Below, piece by piece: positions 23,780-33,398 of a stretch of DNA of 44,494 nucleotides; within the stretch, counting starts at the first letter, position 1, and every line of letters begins with the position of its first letter. The DNA is taken from the IMG/VR virus record IMGVR_UViG_3300031566_000095. One strand, written 5' to 3'. Source of the DNA: a virus. The notes below the pieces were generated by a model. That model saw only the letters and a list, made by a program, of their open reading frames with translations, was not told where the DNA came from and searched no databases. A program made the translations under genes and the position numbers.

Positions 23780-24736
23780 CTAAGCATACGTCGTTATATT
23801 TCCGAGCAGATAGGCGCAATTCGTGGCGATGAACTCTTCATCCGTATCGTGCCGAACACGGATCACGTCGGCCCGGACGGTCTCGTCGCGGTACGATTCG
23901 ATCACTGAGTTGCTCGGCGAATCGCCCGTCCAGAGGAACGTCCGGCCGATGCAGGGCAGCTCGCCCAGCATGGGACTGTCGCTGGTCACGCAGAGCATGG
24001 CGTACTCATCGGGCCATAAGTTCGCCAACGTCGCCGTCTTGCCTTTCTTGGCCGAATTGTAGAGCGACCCGGCGACCAGAATCTTCTCGACGCCGAACGC
24101 CTGGGCCAGCAAGGCCACGTTGACATCGCCGCGCTGAACGGCCGGCGTGGTATATTTGATCCGGTCAATGATCGAATCGCAGACGCCCAGCTCGAGAAAC
24201 GTCGAATAGGAGATAATGAGCGTATTCGGCTCCATCCCGATCGTATCGTGGATCGTCTTGCGGCCCTTCTTGACGTCATCGATGGGTTTGGCTTTTGCAC
24301 CATCGTCCCATTCCTCGTCGACGTTATGAACGGCGAAATTGCTGATGTTGAAAACGGCGTCGGCGATCCGCTTTTCCTGGTTGCGAAGCACGATATTGAG
24401 CGCCCGCCGGGCCGCCATCGTCTCGGCGTCGAAGTAGCGGCTGTAGAGCGCCACCTCGCGGTCGTCAATCTTCTCTTCCCAGCCGTTCTCGAGGCACTTA
24501 TACGTATCCCAGTCCCAGGTCCAGTCGCTGCGCTGATACGCCCCGCGGTCCGTGCGCCTCGTGGGCGGAACGGAGAACATGACCTCGGCCGGGATGACCG
24601 GAAACCGTCCATCGACTTTATCGACTTCGAATATCGGCATGACCTGCAAACCGATAAAACCGGATGGCTGATCGGCGGCGGCGAAAAGAACCGCCTGAAG
24701 GTCGGGTCGATCTGCTGCTGAGCTTGGTCTTGGCAT
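23780..24736 (-). CDS. Major capsid protein (HK97 fold, gpE-like family by resemblance)
   Basis: 318 aa after trimming to the ATG at 24736 (SD AAGGAGA). Position after protease and decoration genes. LAQAFGVEKILVAGSLYNSA-type motif. Confidence 0.8.
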   Translation of the reverse strand: MPRPSSAADRPDLQAVLFAAADQPSGFIGLQVMPIFEVDKVDGRFPVIPAEVMFSVPPTRRTDRGAYQRSDWTWDWDTYKCLENGWEEKIDDREVALYSRYFDAETMAARRALNIVLRNQEKRIADAVFNISNFAVHNVDEEWDDGAKAKPIDDVKKGRKTIHDTIGMEPNTLIISYSTFLELGVCDSIIDRIKYTTPAVQRGDVNVALLAQAFGVEKILVAGSLYNSAKKGKTATLANLWPDEYAMLCVTSDSPMLGELPCIGRTFLWTGDSPSNSVIESYRDETVRADVIRVRHDTDEEFIATNCAYLLGNITTYA

Positions 24737-24793
24737 TGTAAATCTCCTTAAAAATTTGGCTTTTTCATTGCCCCATGGTTTTCGGGCGCAAAC

Positions 24794-24840
24794 AAAAAGG
24801 GCCATGTGAGTATGTGGCCCCACATGGCCCTTTTGTTTGC
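24794..24840 (-). terminator. Strong bidirectional hairpin just upstream of the capsid gene
   Basis: gggccatgtg (24799-24808) pairs with cacatggccc (24821-24830). It is followed by TTTTTGTTTG on the minus strand and ttttgtttg on the plus strand. Confidence 0.65.
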
Positions 24841-24899
24841 CTTGCGTCACCCTCGGGCCGGCCAGCCTTCGGATGAACCCGCTTATTCACTTGTCAACA

Positions 24900-25115
24900 C
24901 TATTCAATCAGATGGCCGTTTTCGTCTCTCGGCCAGACGTTCAATTTTGTCTTTCCGAACGGAACTCTGGACATAATCCTGGGCGGTATCGGTTTGCCGT
25001 CTCTGGTGGTATGGCCCGCTCTGTGAGTGCGAATGTTAATCTCTTCAATGTAATCCCTTTCAGGGATTCCTTTGAGCTCAGGATTTAGAATGTTATTGAT
25101 ACGTCTCTGGTTCAT
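24900..25115 (-). CDS. Hypothetical protein (71 aa)
   Basis: ORF track; AT-richer. Confidence 0.45.
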   Translation of the reverse strand: MNQRRINNILNPELKGIPERDYIEEINIRTHRAGHTTRDGKPIPPRIMSRVPFGKTKLNVWPRDENGHLIE

Positions 25116-25130
25116 AGAGGATCTGACGTG

Positions 25131-25238
25131 CTATTTTTTATCCTCAGATTCCTTTTGAGACGATTTTTTGTCCTCAGTTTTTTTCTCCGCCGGTTTCGCA
25201 TAGCTGTTTTTCGGATGGGATGTGTTTTTATCACTCAT
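25131..25238 (-). CDS. Possible Lys-rich micro-protein (35 aa)
   Basis: Hand translation: MSDKNTSHPKNSYAKPAEKKTEDKKSSQKESEDKK. GAGGA upstream. Confidence 0.3.
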   Translation of the reverse strand: MSDKNTSHPKNSYAKPAEKKTEDKKSSQKESEDKK

Positions 25239-25300
25239 CGGTTTTGTCCTCATAATTAATGTTTCAGTTTCCAGTTCAGTTTCGATCCATCATGCGATTC

Positions 25301-26461
25301 TTAACGGCTGATTTGCAGCATAATGAACGGAGCGCCTTGGGTATTGGCCCGCGCTCTGGACAAAACGAAGCCCACGTGCTGCTGCAACTCATTTTCGGCA
25401 TCATCGGAATCGTGAATCGCTATGCTGCCGTTGTACCGCGCTACGACTTGATGATTCTCTCGCGTATTGCCCACGTCTGCCGAACTCCATCCATTGTCCG
25501 GCGCCACCCAGCATTCGCCCCATGTCTGCTCCCAGTGATGGGGCAACAGGGTCGTTGCCGGCATCATCGGCAAGCCGATGAAGCTCTTATGCAAATCTCC
25601 GGCCGAACCGGCCTTGACGGCTGCAAACTGGTTGGCCATGATCTCCACGTGCATCGAGGTGTGCGTGATCGGTATCGGCAATGGATGTTCCAGGGTTACC
25701 GTCATCGTGCCCCCTGTCCCGCCGGCAAGCACAGTATTGCCCGTTATTTTCATGTTGATCGAGTTTTCGGAATGAGGGAATATGACGATGGATCCCTCGG
25801 CAAGCGCATCGGCCGCGATATTGCCGCTGCCATCCCCATCCGTCGCACCAACAGTGACCTTCAATGACGTCGCTCCGGCGGCGGCCGTTGCCTGGACGGC
25901 GGCATAAGCAACGGCTTGGACATGGCTGTTACTTTGCGCCAGCAGATCCGTGTTAAGAGTGGAGATGGCACAACCATATTTGAACACTCTTCCGTCACGG
26001 GTCACGCGCCGCGTTCCGAATGGATAGTTCTTGAGCAGGCTCAATCCGTAAGGTCCCTGCGGGCTTCCCCCTTCGAGGACATCGGAGAAAATCTGGTCGC
26101 CTAACGTCAGCTCGCCCGCGACTCTCGTGCGAAGGACATTGATGATATCGTCCAGCGCGCTGGCGGCCGCCAGGGCAAAGCCCAGGGGCAGCCCGCCGAC
26201 TGTCGCCGTGATCCTTCCCGATGCCGCCGGATAGAAAGGAGCACCTGCGGCAATCTCGCCGGCCGCGGCTATCTCCATCGTTCCCCCGCCGTTATCCAGC
26301 CGAATCGTGACATCTTCGCCGCTCAAGACGGCAAATTCAGTCACCCCGATGCCGATTTCGGTCGCCCCGGCATAAATGGCGGTCGTGCCGGACAGTTTGA
26401 CTCTTCGCTTGGCCGCCAGCGTCTCGCCAGCCACCAATGTTAGAAATGCACTTTCAATCAT
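25301..26461 (-). CDS. Head decoration-like protein with a large C-terminal extension
   Basis: N-terminus (LVAGETLAAKRRVKLSG...GIGVTEFAVLSGEDVTIRL) resembles DUF2190-type decoration proteins. Occupies the lambda gpD position. Confidence 0.55.
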   Translation of the reverse strand: MIESAFLTLVAGETLAAKRRVKLSGTTAIYAGATEIGIGVTEFAVLSGEDVTIRLDNGGGTMEIAAAGEIAAGAPFYPAASGRITATVGGLPLGFALAAASALDDIINVLRTRVAGELTLGDQIFSDVLEGGSPQGPYGLSLLKNYPFGTRRVTRDGRVFKYGCAISTLNTDLLAQSNSHVQAVAYAAVQATAAAGATSLKVTVGATDGDGSGNIAADALAEGSIVIFPHSENSINMKITGNTVLAGGTGGTMTVTLEHPLPIPITHTSMHVEIMANQFAAVKAGSAGDLHKSFIGLPMMPATTLLPHHWEQTWGECWVAPDNGWSSADVGNTRENHQVVARYNGSIAIHDSDDAENELQQHVGFVLSRARANTQGAPFIMLQISR

Positions 26462-26670
26462 CGTTTTGCCCTTTCAATTTCTGTCCCCGCTTCATTGCCG
26501 GTTTCTTCGGCAGCAGGTCCGCGAGGTACTGTTTCTTGTTTCTTGTTTTCTTTGACCTTTGACCGGGTCATTTTGACCGGCACAAACCGCTCGTTGCATC
26601 GCGAGCAGCTTTTGACTTTTCCGGCCATAATGATCTTTTCACGCCCGCATGGACATTTGAACAACGGCAT
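26458..26670 (-). CDS. Zinc-ribbon protein (70 aa)
   Basis: CPCG...CSRC. Confidence 0.55.
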   Translation of the reverse strand: MPLFKCPCGREKIIMAGKVKSCSRCNERFVPVKMTRSKVKENKKQETVPRGPAAEETGNEAGTEIERAKR

Positions 26671-27954
26671 CTAATCCCCTTTTGAAGCTCTCATCTTCTC
26701 ATGCAGCTCGGGATACAGGGACGCGCAGGCCCGGACAGCATCGGCCTGCGAGCATTTGTGCTCGGCGGCATAGACTGAAACGGCCTCCATGAACGTCGCC
26801 GGCTGTTTGCCCTTTCCCGTCCCCGGCGGCGTCGCCGTATCACTGAACTCCATGATGGCCGGGTCCAGCTTGCGGGCCTTGAGTGCCGCGTTCTCGTCGG
26901 TCAGCCGTTTCGCTTCCGCCTGCAGCTTGCCCACCTTCAGTTGCAAGGCATCGGCGGGCGTCTTGCCTTCGGCCAGACATTGCACGAGCAGCACCGCGTC
27001 ATCGCCGCAGACTTTCTGCAGCTCGGCGAAGCGCTGTTTGCCGGCCTGCTCGGTTTCGGTTTTGCCTTTGGCCAGGACCTGGTTGTAGATCTCGGGCAGA
27101 AGGGTCGAGAAATTCTCGGCCGTCAGATCCGCCAACGTCATGTTCGTAATTTCTTCGGACATGATATTCTCCTTTTTCAAAATAGTTTCAAATGCCTTTG
27201 ATTGTGTATTTTTCAGTGCCCCAAAAACACAAATGCTGCCTTCCATGATCAGGGCGTTACGGATAACCGTGCCGGGCCCTTTGAGCTTATGGCCATTGAC
27301 TTCCGCCGTCTCGTCTTCCTGGATATGCTCGATCTCGCTTTTATCCGGATCGAACCGCAACGAGGCCTCGAAGGGAAAACCTTCATCCATTTGGTTTCGA
27401 ATCTCCTGCGCGATCTGCGAATTCTCCAGGAATTGTCCCTCCATCACGAACTTCGGCTCAAAGACCGCCTCATCACTATAGGCGATCCGCTGCTCGACGT
27501 CGTGCTGGAACAGGACCGGATTGCGTTTCTTCGCCATGCGCATCGTTTTCTGGTCGAAGGCCAGATTGCCCCAATACCAGTGCTTGACGATCGAGCCGTC
27601 ATAGAGTGTCAACTTGACTTTATTTGGGGGTTTACCGCCTTCCGTCTGGGCAAATTCGACAAGCCCGGGCATCGTGAAGATGAACGGGTTTTCTCCGGTC
27701 GCCTGCTGCTGGCTATTTTGACTGGCCGGCTCGAATAGGATTCCCTTGTGACTTCTACAATGGCTTCTCGCTGCCGATTCGGACCAAATTTTGTCAGAAT
27801 AACGATATGCCTGTTCTTGCCATTTTCCTTTTTGTTTTTGGAAAATGACATCATAGGATTTACCATCGTGTTTGCGCTTCCCATTCACACGTCTCGTCGG
27901 TGCATCTTTGACTGGAGGCAATAATCGGCAGGAATGTTCGTTTTCGTACGGCAT
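26671..27954 (-). CDS. Prohead protease (HK97 / S78-type) fused to a scaffold-like C-terminus
   Basis: NPVLFQHD and GSICVFGALKNT motifs. Helical Ala/Lys/Glu-rich C-terminal half. Start trimmed to the ATG at 27954 (TAATG overlap with portal). Confidence 0.75.
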   Translation of the reverse strand: MPYENEHSCRLLPPVKDAPTRRVNGKRKHDGKSYDVIFQKQKGKWQEQAYRYSDKIWSESAARSHCRSHKGILFEPASQNSQQQATGENPFIFTMPGLVEFAQTEGGKPPNKVKLTLYDGSIVKHWYWGNLAFDQKTMRMAKKRNPVLFQHDVEQRIAYSDEAVFEPKFVMEGQFLENSQIAQEIRNQMDEGFPFEASLRFDPDKSEIEHIQEDETAEVNGHKLKGPGTVIRNALIMEGSICVFGALKNTQSKAFETILKKENIMSEEITNMTLADLTAENFSTLLPEIYNQVLAKGKTETEQAGKQRFAELQKVCGDDAVLLVQCLAEGKTPADALQLKVGKLQAEAKRLTDENAALKARKLDPAIMEFSDTATPPGTGKGKQPATFMEAVSVYAAEHKCSQADAVRACASLYPELHEKMRASKGD

Positions 27955-29459
27955 TAGTCTTTCCCTCCGTTGGATTGCGGAGACTGTTTTTGTGGCGTCA
28001 GGACTATGCCGCTGTCGCGGATCGTTTCTTCCTCCTTCACCCGCTCCGGCCAGACCTCCTCGGCCCAGTCCAGCCCGTCCTGCCGGGCGACGATCTCCGT
28101 CCGCGTCGTCGTGCCGTTTTCGAGATGAATCTTGTCGGCCTGGGCCTCGCGGTACGGATCGACGTAAGGCCATCGCTTCAGGTAGATCTGATGGGCCGCC
28201 CAATCGTCACGCTCCTTGAGCTTCCCGCGGTCGATGAGCTGACCGATTTTCCAGAGCCACAACCGCCGCACCAGGGGTCTCACCACCAGTTCCTGCTCGT
28301 CGCGCCAGAAGGCCCGCGCTTCATTGTAGGCGAATCGCCCGTTCATAAACGTCGCGTGGCTGAAGTCGCCCGTAGTCAGCATCAACGGCAGGCACAGCGG
28401 GCCACCGACGAACATCAACATTCTCATCACGAACGGATCGAACGCCGCGGCCGGCCGGGCCGCTCCGATTGCCTCATAACTTTCACCCACCTCGGCATCG
28501 ATCAGAGTGCCGGGTTGAATTTTCACTTTCTCTCGATTAAAATCATCTTTCTGATTCGATCCCATTTCGCTCGCCGGTATCCCCCCGAGCCCGCTAAAAG
28601 CCTTCGCGTCATACGTTTTTGCCACTATCGGGAAGCAGGCATTGATTTTCGCGGCGACCAACTCGGCCTCAATATAATTGAACAAGTAATCGATATAGGG
28701 AACGGCGCTGGTCAGCTTGGGCTCACCCCGGGACTGATCGAACCGTTCCGGATCGAACATATGATGGACCCGTTCGGCAGACCGGCAATGCCAATCATGG
28801 GGCTGGATATAACCCCATTTGTTTGGCTTGCCTAAAAAATAACCAACGATGCGGGTAGTCTCTTTGTCGAAGACCACACCGTTACTGATCGTATAACGTT
28901 TTGGATCGAGTTTATCCTCGGGAATTTTTGCACCATAAGGTGTGCCGCAGCATTCACCTTGTAATGCTTCCGGACCATAATCGTGAAACAGAGTAAAGAC
29001 ATCGCCATCCTGAATGTAGCGGTAATAACTCTTATGGATATAGGCATGAAAATTGAACCGGCCCGTGACGTCGCAGGGCACATCGATCATCTCGGCCTTG
29101 ACCGCCTGCTCGGCGGCCTCGTTCCATCCCTTATCGGCCGTGCGAGCCTGGATCCGCGTCGAGGTCCCGACGACGTTCGTGGCGATCTTGCGAAACAGCC
29201 CCTTGACTAATGGATTGTTGGAAGACAAATCTCGGGCGATCTGACGTAAATCATCGAGCGTCCTCTCACTCAAGTCCGCATCGCCTGCGCGCGGACCCGC
29301 CTTTCGTTTCGGACGCAATCGGTCTTTATCGAGGACATCATATTTCAAGCGACTGGCCTGGCGCTGGACGACCAGGTCGGGCGAAAGAACGCTGAGCGGA
29401 CGATCGATCCATTCTGACATCCACCGCCAAAAACCGCTACGTTTCCACTCTCGGATCAT
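27954..29459 (-). CDS. Portal protein (lambda-type)
   Basis: 501 aa. Position after terminase and gpW. LRQIARDLSSNNPLVKGLFRKIATNVVG resembles lambda-family portals. Confidence 0.85.
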   Translation of the reverse strand: MIREWKRSGFWRWMSEWIDRPLSVLSPDLVVQRQASRLKYDVLDKDRLRPKRKAGPRAGDADLSERTLDDLRQIARDLSSNNPLVKGLFRKIATNVVGTSTRIQARTADKGWNEAAEQAVKAEMIDVPCDVTGRFNFHAYIHKSYYRYIQDGDVFTLFHDYGPEALQGECCGTPYGAKIPEDKLDPKRYTISNGVVFDKETTRIVGYFLGKPNKWGYIQPHDWHCRSAERVHHMFDPERFDQSRGEPKLTSAVPYIDYLFNYIEAELVAAKINACFPIVAKTYDAKAFSGLGGIPASEMGSNQKDDFNREKVKIQPGTLIDAEVGESYEAIGAARPAAAFDPFVMRMLMFVGGPLCLPLMLTTGDFSHATFMNGRFAYNEARAFWRDEQELVVRPLVRRLWLWKIGQLIDRGKLKERDDWAAHQIYLKRWPYVDPYREAQADKIHLENGTTTRTEIVARQDGLDWAEEVWPERVKEEETIRDSGIVLTPQKQSPQSNGGKD

Positions 29460-29699
29460 CTAAAACTCCGCCACCTTGAGAGGACCGCTGCTTTGTCGCT
29501 CAATTTTAAGCTCCAGCTCGTGCTGCCGTTTCATTAGGCCAACCTCCCGGTCTGAGAGATCTCGCAAAGAAGCGTATAGGATCGTTTGCCCATCATTATC
29601 GGTATAGCTCTGAGCCCCGCTCTGAACTGCCGCAATGGCAGTCCTGGTAGCGGCCAATTCCGTTTCAATGGTCGCCAATTCTTGCGCTAAAGTCGCCAC
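29460..29699 (-). CDS. gpW-like head-tail joining protein
   Basis: 79 aa, helical, located between terminase and portal as in lambda. Confidence 0.5.
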   Translation of the reverse strand: MATLAQELATIETELAATRTAIAAVQSGAQSYTDNDGQTILYASLRDLSDREVGLMKRQHELELKIERQSSGPLKVAEF

Positions 29700-29789
29700 A
29701 TCTTGTGCTCCATAATAACCCGATTCACCATATCTGGTGTTTCTGATATCCGGAGTATCGGCAGATCGGGGGAAGTTTCAAAGGGGGTC

Positions 29790-29808
29790 GGTGGCAATAA
29801 TTGCCACC
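29790..29808. other. Perfect 19-bp palindrome
   Basis: ggtggcaat-a-attgccacc, in the 120-bp gap between two genes. Confidence 0.8.
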
Positions 29809-29819
29809 TACTTGAAAAT

Positions 29820-30050
29820 TTATTTTTCGACGCTCTTGAAGGTTAAATCGCACTTTTTGCAGCGATGGCGGCGGATCGGAAGATCGTCGCTGCTGTAAAC
29901 CGGACAATCATCCGAGCCACATCGCGGGCATTTGACCTTGATGTAATAGACCACCGGGACGCCGCTTTCGTCCGTCGGCGGCGGCCGTCGCCTTCGGGGC
30001 GGAGGATCCGGCAACCCTAAATCCGGCGTGTTATTCCAGAAATCAGCCAT
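29820..30050 (-). CDS. Zinc-ribbon protein (76 aa)
   Basis: CPRCGSDDC...CKKC; Pro-rich N-terminus. Confidence 0.6.
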   Translation of the reverse strand: MADFWNNTPDLGLPDPPPRRRRPPPTDESGVPVVYYIKVKCPRCGSDDCPVYSSDDLPIRRHRCKKCDLTFKSVEK

Positions 30051-30054
30051 AAGA

Positions 30055-30119
30055 GATTGACTATTTTCTATTGACTATTGACTGTTTTTCTCTGTGTCCT
30101 CTGTGTTCTCTGTGGCTAA
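30055..30119 (-). repeat. Composite cassette: heptads plus 9-mer triplet
   Basis: gattgac tattttc tattgac tattgac tg, then ttctctgtg tcctctgtg ttctctgtg gctaa. The terminase TAG stop lies in TTAGC. Confidence 0.9.
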
Positions 30120-32125
30120 AGCGTCGGTGTTCCGTCCCAGTAGCCGCTGGATTCACCTGGACGTATTTGCTTTCTCTTAATGCGACCGACCGTCTCAATA
30201 TAATCGATATCCCGCAAGGAAAAGACCCCGGCCAACTCGGCCGCCAGGTCGCAATAGACGTTCGCGTCCCAGGCGTGGTTCTCGCGGAAGCCAGTCTTCT
30301 TGACCCACGTCACGATCTCGCGACCGGTGCGGCCCCGCTTGACGAGCTGCGCCTCGCTGGCTAATTGCCTGGCGATTTCGCCCGGCAGATCGTGCGGCAG
30401 GTGCATGAAGCCCGGCCCGGGCGATTTCTCTTTGTCGTACAAGACTTGCCAGAGCCGGTCCTTGCCCATATCGACGTTCAGATCGAAGCGCTTCAGGGCC
30501 TTGCCGATCACGGGCCGGACCTTGTACAGGCTGCCGTGCATGCGGTCCCGGCCGTAACCCATGACCGGAATCACAGCCCCTTCCGGGAACCGAAGGCAGA
30601 AATCATAGACGACCGTCGATTCCTCATCCCGCTCGACGCGCTGGTACCGGCAGTCCACCGCCGCCCGGCTGGCGTAATATTTGACGCTCGGATCGGCCGC
30701 CGAGACCCATTCGCTGCGGAGGTAGGACTCGACCAGGTCCCAGTTTTCTGGCCGGCCCGTATGGCCCGTCTCCAGACGGCCCGCCCAGAGCAGCCATTGC
30801 TCGTTTCGGAATCCGTAGCCCTTCGTCGCGATCCAGACGCAATCGGGCTGCACGTCGATGCCGTGACAGATCATCTGGACCTTGCGGGGCACAAGCCGCT
30901 CTCGCATCGAATAGTCGCCCACGCGGCTCTGCAGGTGCGTCAGGCTCGTCTCTCGCTCCCGCTCCTCCCAGGCCCGGGCGGCCTGGTTGTTCCAGAAATT
31001 TCGAAGCGGCAGGATATTGCCGGCCTTGCGATGCTTATCGGCGATGACCCACTCGGCGGCCAGTTGATCGACCGTCGTAAACATCGGATCGACCAGGACG
31101 GCCGGAACGCGAAGGGCCTTGTGCGTCGAATCGTCCCACGGCCCGACGATCTCGCCATCGGCCCCGATCGAGCAGCCTTCGGGACAGGCCCGGCAGCCGG
31201 AGATGGACGCCTTGCGCTCCAGCTCGCTCCACTTGACGCCGCACCGGGGGCAGACGTACCAGGCGTGCCGGCGGCCGCCCTGGGTATATTGGCGCGGCTC
31301 CAGGAACGCCCCCTCTTTGGTCTTATCCAGCTTGACGTGCTCGAACATCGCCTCGTGAAACGCCCCGCAATCCGGGCACGGGATATGGATCGACCACTGC
31401 TGGCAGGCGGAGAAATTCTTATCGGCCAGATCCCCTTTGTTTTTCGGGCTGGTGATATAGAATTGCTTGCTGACCGATTCGTAGGTCCGGGTGCCGGCGC
31501 CGAGCAGGCTGATGGCGTCGGTGTCCTCCTTGATGTCCTGGACCCACAGGGCCACCTCGTCGCCTCCGATAAACCGGGACGGATCGTCCGAGAGCGTAAT
31601 CGGGCTCGTCGGCCAGGCCAGGATCAGCTGCATATTGTCCAGGTCCGTCGGCTCGCCGATCAGCAGGTTGCGAATGTCACCGCCTAAATGCCGAAGGATA
31701 CGCGGCGAGTTCTCGAAGGCGGGCTTGAGCCGCTTAATTCGCTTTTTGACCACCTTCTCATCGGGCAAGACGATTTTCATCGGACCCGGGTCCACGTCGA
31801 TGCAGTAACCCATCCAGCCGCCCAAAATGACGCTCTTGCCCGTCTGCCGCGCGGCATAAATCCAGATCACCCGCGTGGTCAAATCGCACAGCCAATCAAT
31901 GACGATCCGCCAGAAGGGCGTGATCGATAACTGCCAGGGCCCTTTGATGCGACTGGATTTCTCCGGCAGGACGTAATACTGCTGCATCCAGTCCAGCATG
32001 TGCTGCCTGTGGCGAGGGACCAGCACCTCCAGGACCTCCTCGGCCATCGGCATCGGGCGGAAGTACTGCAATGCCTCGCGTTGCAGATTTATGATTTCTG
32101 ATTTTCTATTTTCGATTTGAATCAT
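30116..32125 (-). CDS. terL: Terminase large subunit (GpA family)
   Basis: YYVLPEKSSRIKGPWQLSITPFW, Walker A-like AARQTGKS, and Cys pairs CPDCG/CPRCG as in lambda gpA-type terminases. Confidence 0.9.
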   Translation of the reverse strand: MIQIENRKSEIINLQREALQYFRPMPMAEEVLEVLVPRHRQHMLDWMQQYYVLPEKSSRIKGPWQLSITPFWRIVIDWLCDLTTRVIWIYAARQTGKSVILGGWMGYCIDVDPGPMKIVLPDEKVVKKRIKRLKPAFENSPRILRHLGGDIRNLLIGEPTDLDNMQLILAWPTSPITLSDDPSRFIGGDEVALWVQDIKEDTDAISLLGAGTRTYESVSKQFYITSPKNKGDLADKNFSACQQWSIHIPCPDCGAFHEAMFEHVKLDKTKEGAFLEPRQYTQGGRRHAWYVCPRCGVKWSELERKASISGCRACPEGCSIGADGEIVGPWDDSTHKALRVPAVLVDPMFTTVDQLAAEWVIADKHRKAGNILPLRNFWNNQAARAWEERERETSLTHLQSRVGDYSMRERLVPRKVQMICHGIDVQPDCVWIATKGYGFRNEQWLLWAGRLETGHTGRPENWDLVESYLRSEWVSAADPSVKYYASRAAVDCRYQRVERDEESTVVYDFCLRFPEGAVIPVMGYGRDRMHGSLYKVRPVIGKALKRFDLNVDMGKDRLWQVLYDKEKSPGPGFMHLPHDLPGEIARQLASEAQLVKRGRTGREIVTWVKKTGFRENHAWDANVYCDLAAELAGVFSLRDIDYIETVGRIKRKQIRPGESSGYWDGTPTL

Positions 32126-32183
32126 TTCTCTGTGCTCTCTGTGCTCTCTGTGGCTAATTTATCCGCGTCCCTCTGTGGCTTAA
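32086..32183 (-). repeat. Composite cassette: heptads plus 9-mer triplet plus an extra unit
   Basis: gatttat gatttct gattttc tattttc gatttga, then ttctctgtg ctctctgtg ctctctgtg gctaa, then tttatccgcgt ccctctgtg gcttaa. Confidence 0.9.
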
Positions 32184-33105
32184 TCGCTTCGTAAAACTCG
32201 GCCAGCTTTGTCAGGGCCCGATCCGAGAGCTTCAGTTCCGCCGGCACGTGCTGCAATTTCGCCATCACCTCATCTCGGAAGTCCTCGAGCCGCGAGACGA
32301 TCTCTTCGCGGGGCTGTCCAAATACCCGGTTGGCCAGGTCCGCTATGGCGTTGAAGGCGTTCACGACGTTCTGCATTTCGGCCATCTGGAAACCGAGGAT
32401 ATCTCCGCGATTGACGAGCTCCCCCTGCTCTTGATCCAATTTCAACAACATGTGCTTCACCTTGACGTCTTGAAACGGAGAAAGCGGGCCGACCGCGTCC
32501 CGGCCGCGCACCGCCTTCTTCAGCTCGAAGTCGCCCCACCAGGCGATTGCGCGGTGCAGATCGAACGTGCCGTCGATATTCTGAGGCAGGCCCTTCGTCG
32601 TGTACCAGTCGTGGATCGTCTCCCGCCGGACGCCGAACAGCTCGGCCGTTTGATTGACCCCGACCCGGCTGAAATTCGCCGCCCCCAGCTCGCCCGTCTC
32701 CCGCTGCCGGTCCACCGCCCATTTGTCCATCAGCTTGATCGCCTGGACGTTGCCCTCGCCGGCCGTCTTGACCAGGGCCTCGCGATTGGCGATCCAGCCG
32801 TTGACCCGGGCCGTCTCCCACAACTCATTCGCCTCCGCGTCGCCGTCGAGAAAATCCCGCAAATTCTGAGCCGTCTCGAACTGGCTAAAGCCCAAATCTT
32901 TCAATCGCCTGGCCGCCTCGTAGATCATCGCCTTCGGCGCCAGCTCCACCAGGTACCGCAGTAGCCGCCCGCGGTCATACGCCTTGCGGAGCCGCGGATG
33001 CCGCGCGAAGTACTTCGCCAGGTTCGGCCCGATCCCCGACCGAGCATCGGCCACGGCCAGATCTTGGGATTCAAGGCCAAGCCGCTGGGCGGAGGCCTCG
33101 CTCAT
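32122..33105 (-). CDS. Putative terminase small subunit (HTH)
   Basis: Directly upstream of and overlapping terL. VNQTAELFGVRRETIHDWYTTKGLP is a Nu1-like HTH. Start trimmed to the ATG at 33105. Confidence 0.55.
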   Translation of the reverse strand: MSEASAQRLGLESQDLAVADARSGIGPNLAKYFARHPRLRKAYDRGRLLRYLVELAPKAMIYEAARRLKDLGFSQFETAQNLRDFLDGDAEANELWETARVNGWIANREALVKTAGEGNVQAIKLMDKWAVDRQRETGELGAANFSRVGVNQTAELFGVRRETIHDWYTTKGLPQNIDGTFDLHRAIAWWGDFELKKAVRGRDAVGPLSPFQDVKVKHMLLKLDQEQGELVNRGDILGFQMAEMQNVVNAFNAIADLANRVFGQPREEIVSRLEDFRDEVMAKLQHVPAELKLSDRALTKLAEFYEAIKPQRDADKLATESTESTEK

Positions 33106-33197
33106 TTGCGATTTGCGATTTCTGATTTTCGATTTTTTCTCAGCCACAGATTTCACGGTTTTTTCTTAGCCACAGAGGACACAGAGTTCACAGAGGA
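33105..33197. repeat. Heptad array (33105-33137) plus extended 9-mer element in plus orientation (33140-33197)
   Basis: catttgc gatttgc gatttct gattttc gatttt, then cagccacagatttcac..ttagc cacagagga cacagagtt cacagagga. Confidence 0.9.
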
Positions 33198-33267
33198 TTT
33201 GGTTGCCGATACAAATCCCGTCATCGGTCCCGCCTCTTTTTTTGCTTCGCGTTCATTCGTGGTTCCT

Positions 33268-33299
33268 TTCTCTGTGTCCTCTGTGTTCTCTGTGGCTAA
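33268..33299 (-). repeat. 9-mer triplet element (inverted partner of 33166-33197)
   Basis: ttctctgtg tcctctgtg ttctctgtg gctaa. Confidence 0.9.
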
Positions 33300-33398
33300 T
33301 TTATCCGTGTCCCTCGGCAGCTCGATCGCCTCGAAGTTCCGGTCGCCACATTTCGGGCAGGGTCGATCCGTGTTTTCGATCTCGTGCCCGCAGCCCAG

